A stretch of 63,265 nt of DNA, counting the filler, from Basidiobolus ranarum (taxonomy: Eukaryota): NCBI GenBank assembly GCA_040143965.1. It is 7 parts of 7 records of this genome, joined end to end, with 100 filler letters (N's around TTAATTAATTAA, not from the genome) between each part and the next. Parts side by side here need not be neighbours in the genome. Positions count along the whole stretch, not along the records: positions 45,293 to 54,230 come from JASJQH010000897.1; positions 54,331 to 63,265 come from JASJQH010000898.1; 5 more parts are not named here. One strand, 5' to 3'. The notes under the pieces are model-generated. The model ran no database searches. It saw nothing but the letters and a program-made list of their open reading frames with translations, and had not been told where the DNA came from. Positions within the stretch are counted from its first letter, which is position 1, and each line of letters opens with the position of its first letter. The translations under genes and the position numbers were made by a program. Shown in pieces: positions 52,595 through 63,265 of this stretch.

Positions 52595-54230
52595 ATCTCT
52601 TGTTATTCCCATTAACTCTATCTATCATCCTGGTTACTGGCACTATATCTGCAGGCTGATTATGCGTGCAGGAAACTAACGATAACATAGAATATATAAG
52701 TCTTCCTGGTTTGAGGCTTTATTTAGCTACTAATTGAAACTAGCCAACTCAAGCTGTCAATGAGAATCAGCAGACCTGTTAGTACTTTTACACTGATATC
52801 CTGTTATTTTTGTTTTGGGACAACTCTTGATTATACTCTCCACACTTCCTGTAAAAGAGTAGGGCTATTGAATATCCTCAAACTTCTGTCCATCTGGTTT
52901 GCCAGTAATAGGTACAAGAACTATCCTTAACATCTGATAAACAGCCAGCTTGTGGAAATATATCTTCCAGATAATGTAGACACTACCATACTTTCTAAAC
53001 GCTAACCTAAGTGCTGCCTGTCACAAATGAACTCTACATCCGATACCCAAAGGCAGAGCCTCATTTCCTTGATCCGATAAAAACCTGCAGAGTTTTTTAA
53101 CCATAGTCACCTTGTATTGCCTGTGAATTTTAGTTCATATAACCTACCGATCTAGTTTATTTTTAATAGATATGATAGCTTAAAAATGTCAAAGATTATA
53201 TTATCACCCGTTAATAAATTGTCATGAAGCTTCTTTCCGTCGTTTTATTTATGTTGTCAGCTACCCTAGTCAGTGCTGGCTTTTCTTTCTAAGCATTTGA
53301 TGATTTTAAATATGAACTGCTTGCAGCAATACTAGGAATTGCTATACAACGAAAAGCAGACGGACATAGTTATCACAGAATCAAATATCAGCAGGTATAG
53401 ATTAGAGTTAGTAGACAAATGAAGAAAATCAGTTCAAAGAGCGACCCAAGGAATATTGGGGTTCATAATATTCTTATCTGATAGCTATCAGACGACTTGT
53501 CACGTAGACGTCGAGTTTGCCAATAGCTACTCCGACAGTTCATGAAATACCTGCTGAGCAAAGATAAATATCTATGATTAAATCACTAAGCAACAGTATC
53601 CTAGTGACGATACGCACCAAAACCTTCGATTATTAAGCATACCAGGAAACACTTCGGGTTGTACTATTTCTCTGCACTCACGAGATGCGACACATTCATT
53701 TAGTACACATACGATACCTTAATCGACTTACACATGACTGGAGTGCTTCTATTAGCAATACACGTATCATTGAATTGTATGACTATTTAGGCCGAGAGTC
53801 TAGATGCTTATAAACCGGCAGTCAGGAGCATACAAGAAATCCACGCCCCCAGATTTACAGCTGTATTCTTGCAACGAACCACCATGGTGGGTCTTTTACT
53901 CTGTCTGGCGCCAATGGGATAGATTTCGGTAGCTTCATGCAAGGACAAAGGTTGAAAATCCAGTTCCGTACATCACGGATATATTATGAGCATATGTTTG
54001 GAGGCGTCTTCATCTTACTAATGCAGCCTATTGACATCGCTAATCGAACAGAACTGCCAAACGTCTGAATGATCTCACATCCCCCTGAAAAGGTGGCTCC
54101 CCCTCCGCTTTAATATAATCATGGGCACCAAATCACTAACAACTATATAATTGGGGTATTTGAAGCATTGAGCGGGGAGAACAATTACTGACTCTTCTCC
54201 CAAAAGTTTCTCTGAGAACACGACATCATC

Positions 54231-54330
54231 NNNNNNNNNNNNNNNNNNNNNNNNNNNNNNNNNNNNNNNNNNNNTTAATTAATTAANNNNNNNNNNNNNN
54301 NNNNNNNNNNNNNNNNNNNNNNNNNNNNNN
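54231..54330. other. Artificial contig spacer
   Basis: N44-TTAATTAATTAA-N44. Confidence 0.99.
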
Positions 54331-54807
54331 CTGGAAAGCGGTGGCTTTCTCAGACATATTTGTATATGGTAATATTACTAATATACGTTATGTAGGAATT
54401 GTAATGGTGATTGGTTACTGGGTTTGGTTTGGACCATGACGACTTACCTCATTCATAAGTTGATTAGCATTTCAGGAATACATGAGACACTCACTCTCAT
54501 GATTAGCGTCAGTTAGAATGTCTAATTGATGATGTATCACGCGTATTGAAATATCTACTTTCATGAATCTACGTTACGCATTGCAAGTCCTGATCCAGAT
54601 CAATCTACGGAATATCAATCAATGATGATTAAGCATCAGCCATCAATCAGAAACGATCAATAATTGATATGAAGTTTGGGAAAGAGTGGCTATTTTTATT
54701 GGTTGATATACTGTGACCTGCTATTGAAATAGAAGCAGTAAATTTTATTCATGCCAAAGTGGTGTTTTGGCAAAGTTGTAGATGATGGCTTATTCTTTGG
54801 AGAAGTA

Positions 54808-56129
54808 TTATGAAGCATTCTCATGATTCGGCTTCCTCCACAAGATGTTCTTTTCCAAATATAAAGCCACATATACAAGTACTAATAAAACTGGGACTTC
54901 GATCAACGGACCAATAGTAGCCGCAAGTGCTTGATCAGAGTTTATACCGTAGACTCCTACTGCGACAGCAATGGCTAGTTCGAAGTTATTGCTGCCAGCT
55001 GTGAAAGACTGAGTAACCACGAGTTGGTATGGAAAGTGGCAGGCACGCATCACAAGAAATGTGATGAAGAACATTAGAATGAAATATAGAAGCATAGGAA
55101 CTGCAACACGACATACAGACCCAATGTTCGCAATAATGTGATGCCCTTGATTCGCAAACATAATAACAATGGTGTATAGAAGTCCTATCAATGCAATGGG
55201 GCTAAATCGCGGCATGAAAGTGCTGTCATACCATTTGTCTCCTTTGAGAGACCGAAGGCTAGATCGCGTGATAATGCCTGCGACAAGAGGGATTCCAAGA
55301 TAAATAAGAACAGATTTTGCTACTGGCCACATGCCCAAGACAACCTTCTCCTCGACTTTGACTCCAAACCACGTTGGTATGATATTAATAAACAAGATAC
55401 TGTAGGGAGAATAGAGTGCAATCTGGAGAATGGAATTAATTGCAACTAGAATCGCACAATAATCCGAGTCTCCTCCGGCAAGTTGATTCCAGATAAGAAC
55501 CATAGCAATACACCTACATCATTAAATATAAATACAATGTATTATCAACGCTACTGATTTCTGATCACATACCGAGCAAGACCAACCATAATTACACCAG
55601 ATCGATATCCTGGCAAGTCTGGTAATGTAGCCCAAGCAAGGGCTGTCATGACTATAGGTCCTACTATCCAGTTTAAAACCATCGAGATGACAATCTGGAT
55701 CCAAATCTGGCGTTGAGTGAAAATCTTATGCATCTTCTCATATTGAACCTTGCAAAGAACGGGATACATCATGACTAATAATCCAATCGCTATGGGCACC
55801 GAAACAGTATCGAACTGGATTGTAGAAAAAGCCTCCTGGACTCCAGGAACAAAATATCCGATGAGTACACCAACGATCATGGCAAGAATAATCCAAATAG
55901 CAAGATATGTATCGAGAAACCCTAAGTCTTTAGTAAATGCTGTTGTAAAAATACGCCATGTTAGAATAGGAAATGTACTATAAAAATCAGTTCACTTACA
56001 TGCTAATTTCTCCTCTCCGGCTGCCTGAGTGTTTAAAGTATTAGAAGCAGGATAAACAGTTTCATCTTGACTACTCTTCACCAACACATCGCCAAGTCCG
56101 TGGTGATGTTTAAGATATTTGTCGGACAT
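54808..56129 (-). CDS. ACR3: Arsenite efflux transporter; introns 55940-55999 and 55514-55572
   Basis: LGFLDTYLAIWI, PIAIGLLVMMYP, LNWIVGP, GLARCIAMVLIW (essential Cys restored by splicing), SNNFELAIAVA and GPLIEVP. Confidence 0.96.
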
Positions 56130-57440
56130 AATAGAATAGTGAAAGGATATAGTCAGCAAATGGCCGAGCAGGCTATATATATATTGGCCTAGGAAAGCAA
56201 TTCACGTGACTGGCCCAATTGCATCAAAGGTATTTCAAATTTTGGAATGAGAGAAAATACAAGTAATATAATTTCTCCAGGCATCGTAATTTATGGTAGA
56301 GTTATCCATACATCATTATTCCAGTTTCATAAACATAATAAAGCTCACTATAGCAGTGCAGTTATATCACCCTTAGTAATGTAAAATGGTTCCTATGTAT
56401 ACTATTGTTTACTAATAGAACTACTTAGCGCTAACTTCGGTAAAGTAAATTTATCTTCTATGTAATCTCAACTAAATGCTGATTCAAGGATGGTTACGTT
56501 GTAAGTACGGGCTAATGTTGATACCTTTGTATGTTTAGTCCTCTAAACAATTTTTGTTAGCTAGATATACCATAGGCACGATCACTGTTTCATAAAAATA
56601 TACCATATGTGACTCGAGAATCTGATATCTTCAAATCACTCAAATATTGTAACAAGACAAGGATCTGTGAGGTTGGAGAGATTATCTAATGTAAGAAATC
56701 TATGGAAGTGATATTTTTTGAACGCCATTTGGGTTATAACTACAGTAGTACAGATAGCATATCAAGAAGAATGATAGTTTTGCCTATAACTCCACCACTT
56801 TTAGTTGGCACAGCTTGTTCTAATTGAAGCGGTATCCTGCTGAATCTGTAGGTGGAATGAATCTCAATTCAGTGTAATGTTGCGCTATCTCCAATAGCTT
56901 AAATCCTATACTCGAAAGAGGAGTTGCTGAAATTCATTGATTCACTTGTTCTGATATTTACAAACAAATCAAGTTAACTCTTTGGCGAGATAACAGTATA
57001 TAAGAGTTATACTTGATTGCATTGAAATTGAGTCTGGTTTATAAAGCCTTCTGGGTGGCAATTTTATCTACTGCTTAAAGTTAAATATCTATTCAGTCAA
57101 CATGTATTGAAGAGTGATAACCTGTTTCCAATGTCTGGTAACTTCTGTCTTCGCTCTCCATTCGTTCGGGAGCTTATATCTATGATGGAATAGTAGTAGA
57201 AAATATCTATCCAAAAGTTTGTGATGTTTCACTGTTCAGTAATGGAAATAGCCTTATTAATATCGGTTTAGTCAATTGCGGGCTGTGTAGAAAAAATATG
57301 AATTCAAAACTCATTGAAGGTCGATGTTTGCATATGAACTATATAGGTATGTGAAACATGAAAGTGGTTGAGACATTATTAGGTCTCCGAGAATGCCATC
57401 GCTTTTTCTTCAATAATACAATTTCGTAACATAACCACAA

Positions 57441-57501
57441 GGCCCTGTATCTCAGTGGATAGAGCGTCCGCCTTCTAAGCGGAAGGTTCCCGGTTGGGTT
57501 G
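57441..57501 (+). pseudogene. tRNA-Arg(UCU) pseudogene lacking the T-loop/B box
   Basis: GGCCCTGTATCTCAGTGGATAGAGCG plus a perfect anticodon arm TCCGC-CTTCTAA-GCGGA, then AGGTTCCCGGTTGGGTTG with ~12 nt of T arm missing, followed by a T run. Confidence 0.8.
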
Positions 57502-58052
57502 TCTTTTCCACGTTCTTCACGATGTAATTATGCAGTTCTCTCAATAGATAGTATTTTGTTTATCATCAATTATAATAGAAATATATAGCATAGATCAACA
57601 CTGCTCTTCTAAAAACAAGTAACTCCTAGAGTCAAAAGAAGTTTTTCGCCATACTGCAGGTTTCATGGGAAGGCAATAATCATCTTTGATTGTCATTCGT
57701 ATTTACATTTGCTCAATTTGGTAGATATAAGCCAAGCAATAAACGCAGAACTCAGACTACTGATGGCATACGCCCTTGGTTTGGCGGTAATAATTAAGGG
57801 AGGTATGTAGTGGAGTATGGAAAGCGGTCAGAACATGTTCACTAGTTTTGTTATAGTAAATTTTCGTAAAACAAGTGATAACAAAGATAATTACAAATAT
57901 ATATCTCAATGAATTCAGCATTAGCAATTACCCAAGTTCTATTTACTAAAATATCTGTTGGAGTTCCTTTCGGCAAGTTCACTGACTGTCACACAAGTAT
58001 GGAGCTACTAAGGCAATAGGAGTATCGCAACTGGGGCCCTGAACATGCTCCA

Positions 58053-58786
58053 TTTGTTTGTACTAATATTAAATAAAGCCTATATGTAACTCTCTTTCAC
58101 TAAATCAGATCCCACAATTCCCCTTTCAGATCAGATTCAAGTATAACTACTCATGAGTTATCAATGGAAACTTTAGAATCATGCTTCGTGACAATTTTAT
58201 CTGTACTATGGATGGATAGAATTTAATTCTTTCAGAACTTCCTACGGTACAAGCATTGTTCTAGCTAAAATAATCCTACTGCATCCACACCGACATTACA
58301 GCTTTGTTGATAACTCACTGTAAGTTGGTACTAATTGCGGAATACATTTCTCTCATCAACCTTAAACTCTACTCAATGTATCATCTCCATCTTAAGGTAA
58401 TATTACATTGGCTGATATCGAGGTAGGTTGTACAATGCTGGCTTCTGTCACGTTCCAACTATCTATATGGATGATTTGTGGAATAATAGAGAATTTGTGG
58501 ATCCCGAGTTCCTTTTCCTTTCACCAAAAAAAGTACAAATACAACAACTCTGAATATGTACTGTACAGCATTATGTATACAATTGATGATCTTGCCAGTC
58601 GATTATTCCAACGACCAAGCGAGGTTGGCCTACGCATTCTGACAGTTTGCTACTGCACTTAAAAGTCCAACATTAAATTAGTCTTTACTCTCACATATTG
58701 GATTATCTCGGTGCTGGTGAGATGTGCAAGTGATCTAAGGTGATGCGTTCTAGTCACAATTTCTTAGGAGGCTATTGTGCCAATAC
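58053..58786. repeat. ~700-nt direct repeat, copy 1 (copy 2 at 62203-62890)
   Basis: Long shared blocks, e.g. TCTTTCACTAAATCAGATCCCACAATTCCCCTTTCA and GCATCCACACCGACATTACAGCTTTGTTGATAACTCACTGTAAGTTGGTACTAATTGCGGAATACAT. Ends are approximate. Confidence 0.93.
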
Positions 58787-59035
58787 ACCCGAAGTTCATC
58801 ATATAGGCCGTATGTACAGTTCATATTATTGTAAGTTAGATTTGACAGCAAGTTTCAAAATACGCTATCCAAATGTTTGAAGATAAAACTGGAATATGAC
58901 GCTACTAAGATAATGGGTTTGAGAGAAGCGCTATTTGATAGAGATGTTGCCTCAAACCTGAATATTTAAAGGTTGAAACTGTGATCGTATGTCTATATGG
59001 TAGAGGAAACTTTCTTGCACAAACTTATACGGAAT

Positions 59036-59108
59036 GGCCTTGTAGCTCAGTAGAAATAGTGTCTCCCTCCGGAGGAGGAATTCATGGGATCGACCCCCAC
59101 CCGGGTTG
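59036..59108 (+). pseudogene. Degenerate tRNA-Arg(CCG), probable pseudogene
   Basis: 73-nt tRNA-like sequence with TAGCTCAGT A box, TCTCC-CTCCGGA-GGAGG anticodon arm, TGGG-ATCGACC-CCCA T arm and a TTTTT terminator. There are several stem mismatches and a non-canonical T-loop. Confidence 0.7.
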
Positions 59109-59968
59109 TTTTTATTTGAAGAAATTATATATAGGGTCAGGGTTAGTATAGAATACAGAAATATACTACTGTATTTTAATGAAGTTTTATTTATTGGAAT
59201 AAGAACTTTTTCTTACTACGCACTCTTTAAATTTTCGTTAGCGCGAGGCATACTTGTATAACCTAACAATATTGAAGAAGTGTTTATCTTGGATAAACGA
59301 GTATAATAATTACATTGTAGTTGATGCAGTTTGAAGTTTAATACTTTGCTATCATAATTTGAATGAACTCTTTTCATGGATGCCAAAGTTACAGGTTTTC
59401 AGAGAGTATAGAGAACTAATATTGATTGGTCGATCTGCGAAACAATAAAAAATAAAATGAGTGAGAGTGCGTGAGAAATCAATCATTTGGGATTTCTTAG
59501 TAATCCGTATTTGTGACGATTAATCGCTATTTCAATCCAACATGAGGAGAATGATCCAGTAATATGGTCAGAATCATCCAATAATATGGTGAAGAAGCGT
59601 TTATCCGATTGGTAGTTTATTTGAAGGCACTAGAGATATCCTAAAAGGTTCAATTTGAGTTGCCTTGCGCATAAGAAAGCGACTCATTAGCTTCTGTCCA
59701 GGCAGAGAGCAAGTATTCGTTGAATGGAACCACGTATTATTCGAGTCAAACCTATCTAATTACAGTATTTCGGTGCTTTCGAACCGTTTTGACCGAGCAC
59801 TCTCCGCGAGCTAATGCGATATCGATGGCATCTAGGAGTACGATAGGTTACTGCCACCGAATTCGCATAGATGCATAGATAATGTTGGTTCCTGCTTGTG
59901 AGCCTAAACCTCTAGTATATAATCTGTATTCCCCCCCGAATAATCTGCATTTATATCATTATCTTAAC

Positions 59969-61178
59969 ATGTCCATGAAGTGTGCAATCTTTAATCAGCC
60001 AGGCAGCGCCCTGGAAATAGTCGAAGTACCCATTCCCAAGCCAGGTCCAGGTGAGGTTCTAATCAAGGTTGAAGCATGCGGAGTTTGTCATGGGTAAGAT
60101 AGTCTAATACACTTCTTAGGCTATTATATGCTACTAAACAAGCCTTCTTATGGATGTCGATAGTGACTGTATTCTTGAGCATAATCTTATGCCTGGAATT
60201 AATTACCCTGTGATTCCAGGTCACGAGGTGGTCGGTAGAATCCATGAAGTGGGTGAAAATGTAAGTGATTTTCGAAAGGTGCGGACTGTAGTGGCGTTAA
60301 ATTAAGTTCTATGTTCAAAGATCTCTTCACTGTATAAAGAGGGTATGCGTATTGGTGTGGGATGGAACGGCGGATACTGTGGTAATTGTGAAGCATGTCG
60401 TCGTGGAACTTTCATTGATTGTGACAAAGGCTGGATAACTGGAGTAAAACAGAATGGAGGATATGCACAATACATGATCGCCAGACAAAGTGCCTGTTGT
60501 AGAATTCCTGAGGAGTTAAGTGCGCCTGAAGCAGCCCCTTTGGTTTGCGCAGGAGTTACCATGTACAACTCTATGAGAAACATGAACAATATCCATCCAG
60601 GGGGTGTATGTGCTGTAGTAGGTATTGGTGGACTTGGCCATCTAGCCATTCAATACGCCAAGAAATTTGGCTACCGTACAGTGGCACTGTCGAGTTCATC
60701 AAGCAAGAAAGATCTTGCAACAGAATTAGGCGCTCATGTCTATATTGATCAATCCAGTCAGGATGCAGTCGAGGAGCTGAAGAAGTTAGGAGGAGCAAAA
60801 TTGATAGTTGTTACAGCCCCTGGTGGCGATGTAGCGAAGTTGCTGGATGGTTTGGCATTTGATGGTACTTTATTAATTGTTTCATTGCTGCCCGAGCCTT
60901 TACCAGTCAGTTCTCTCAGTCTCATAAGTAAGAGATCTCAAGTCCGTGGATGGTCATGTGGGACCCAAGCGGTAAGTATTTTTTTGGTTTAGGGAAATAT
61001 AGAAACAGTGGCTAATTTAGAAACAATTCTATAGGACACTGAAGATACTTTGAATTTTTCTGCTTTGACTAACACGAAGCCATTAGTGCAAACGTATACT
61101 ATTGATCAAGCCAGGCAGGCCTATGAGGACATGAAAAATGGAAAGTCAAGGTTCCGTGCGGTAATAGTATTTGATTAG
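59969..61178 (+). CDS. Zinc-dependent alcohol dehydrogenase (MDR family); introns 60094-60163, 60261-60320, 60972-61034
   Basis: ACGVCHGD, PGHEVVG, structural Zn motif CGNCEACRRGTFIDC, APLVCAGVT, the GIGGLG Rossmann motif and C-terminal SRFRAVI. Confidence 0.96.
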
Positions 61179-62202
61179 TTATTTTATTCTTATTGCCAGT
61201 GGTGTTTAAGGTCCATACCTTCTTATCTATAATAAATTTAACCATATTATAGCTAGTAATCTGCTTAATACGTACCTTTGTGGCTCTATGCTTTCCCCGT
61301 ATTTATATACGTAATTGTCCATTACATAGCCATTGCATGGGCATCTATATGGTTTCTTTCCTTTTCAGCTATGAAGTGAAGTGAGAATTATGAATCGATA
61401 TACTTCACGCTACCTTATGTGATTAACTGACTTGTTCTGTTGTTTTGCTATGGTTGCCATTATGCCTCTCAACGATGAAGAGTAGTTTTATGCGTTTGGT
61501 TAATGTATGTGAGCTCACAGTACCCGTGGTAAATGTTGCACAGTGAAGTGACTTCGTTAAAACAGTTCTTCGAACCTTGCTAAGGATTCGCTCTATCGGA
61601 TAAATGGTATACACATACGTGATTCTACCGGACCAATATTAGTTGGTATCACTAAAATAGTCAATATCCATGACCACAGATGAACCTTATTCTATATGTG
61701 CGTTGGTTCCATCTTGTTTCATTGGGTCAACACCAAATCCAATGAAAGAGCCTTCAAGTAAGTAGCTAGTTGCTTCCACAGAATTTTAATTCAAGTCACA
61801 CTTGTTGGAATTGCTCTACAAGTTAGCTAGGTTTCGTGATTTTCATTTTGGCGAAATTTCTACAATCCTTCTGACAATATCTTTGGTTGATGTGACATAA
61901 CAGGCTTTATTGATTTCTCCAGAGGAGAGTACGCTAGTTAAAAATGACTCAGTTTGAGGCTGCTTCATGAACATTGCCAATGTGGAATATCAATATCACA
62001 GTAGTTGGATATGACATCATCCATTTAGAGGGAGCTACTTGAATGTCTATAAGAATTATATCAAGTTAAAATAGAAGCAGCTATAGGTAAGGTATTACAA
62101 TATATAAAACTAGATAACATAAACCAATTTCTTAGTATTTGAGGAACTTGGAGGATACTTCTTTAGAATAGTATATTCACTGAACAACGCTTGCTGCACG
62201 CC

Positions 62203-62890
62203 TTTGTTTGTAGTGAGATTAAATAAATTATACATATAACTTTCTTTCACTAAATCAGATCCCACAATTCCCCTTTCAAATCCGTATCTCGTATAATCCC
62301 ATGAGTTATCAATGAAAGCTTTAGAATCATGCTTCGTGACAGTCTTATCTGTACTACGGATGGATCGAAATTTATTCTTTCAGAACTTCCTACGGTACAA
62401 GTATTGTTCTAGCTAAAGTAATCCTACCGCATCCACACCGACATTACAGCTTTGTTGATAACTCACTGTAAGTTGGTACTAATTGCGGAATACATCTTTT
62501 CTAACCATATTTAAAACATATTAAATTATATGCAATGTATTGTCCCTATCTTATGTTCACAATATAGTATCAAGATAGGTTCTACAATGTATATTGACTT
62601 CTAGCTTGTTACACCTATCTACAAGAATGATTTGTGGGATGGAGAATTTGCAAATCTCGAGTTCCTTTTCCTTTCACCAAAAAAGTATAAATACAACAAC
62701 TCTGGATATAAATATCCTCACGGCTGTACTGTACAGCATTATGTATACAATTAATGATCTTGCCAGTCGGTCGACATGAAATCAGTCTTTACTCTCGCAT
62801 ATTAGATTATCTCGGTGCTGGTGAGATGACCGGGTGATCCTAGGCGATGCTTTCAGGTGACAATTTCTTCGGAGACTATTGTATCAATAC
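62203..62890. repeat. ~700-nt direct repeat, copy 2 (copy 1 at 58053-58786)
   Basis: Same-orientation alignment to copy 1 with substitutions and indels. Confidence 0.93.
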
Positions 62891-63265
62891 GCTACCAAGC
62901 TTTCTATCTAAACAAAATATGTTGTTCAACATCTAACAAAAGTCATTTCGGATTATCAAAGTAGCATTAATTAGCCAATATTACTTTGAACTCAGAGCTT
63001 GCACTAAGTAGACATGAGACTACTAGTAATATTCATTTCTACGAAGATAATGAATTTGAGATTAACAATATTGCGGCCTTCAGGATCTATCTTACGAGGG
63101 ATATTGCCGTTAATGCAGAGTTTATGATTGAAATATTTCACTACATATACTGCAGAAAGCTTCTTATTATTGTTACCAAAGATGGATTAACAATGAAAAT
63201 ACATAATGGCACACTAGCAAAGAATGAATCTGAGAACATAAGTTTTCAGAAATATAAATATATAT

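Noticed and set aside
49141-54230. Hidden ncRNA, CRISPR-like array or gene in the long non-coding stretch
   Set aside because: I found no regularly spaced repeats, snRNA/rRNA signatures or convincing spliced ORF apart from the solo LTR; a covariance-model search would be needed to exclude ncRNAs.

Overview
This is AT-rich eukaryotic DNA with short spliceosomal introns. The gene content (an Integrator INTS6 homolog, a large NRPS, a cysteine-poor CAP protein) suggests an early-diverging fungus such as a Basidiobolus-like Zoopagomycota or a Mucoromycota species; this is inference only. The window is not one locus. Six artificial 100-nt spacers (44 N + TTAATTAATTAA + 44 N) join seven pieces of steadily decreasing length (8976, 8969, 8962, 8945, 8940, 8938, 8935 nt), consistent with size-sorted unlinked contigs, so no synteny can be inferred across spacers. 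Contig 1: internal fragment of a multimodular NRPS (C-A-T-C-A-T-E-C-[intron]-A). Contig 2: MCM1/SRF MADS-box gene, INTS6 homolog and partial DDI1. Contig 3: PKA regulatory subunit, an atypical Yap-like bZIP and partial HMG-CoA reductase. Contig 4: partial DHHC palmitoyltransferase, sugar porter and a decayed copia element. Contig 5: GFA1, aldo-keto reductase, CAP protein and tRNA-Thr. Contig 6: small PY-motif membrane protein, orphan 7TM protein and two solo LTRs. Contig 7: ACR3, two degenerate tRNA-Arg genes and a Zn alcohol dehydrogenase between ~700-nt direct repeats. The best leads are the epimerising NRPS with homogenised A-domain patches, the fungal Integrator subunit, a bZIP lacking the near-invariant basic-region Asn, and a copia family with a Ty5/copia-type half-tRNA primer site. 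I cannot establish from sequence alone that any of these is undescribed.
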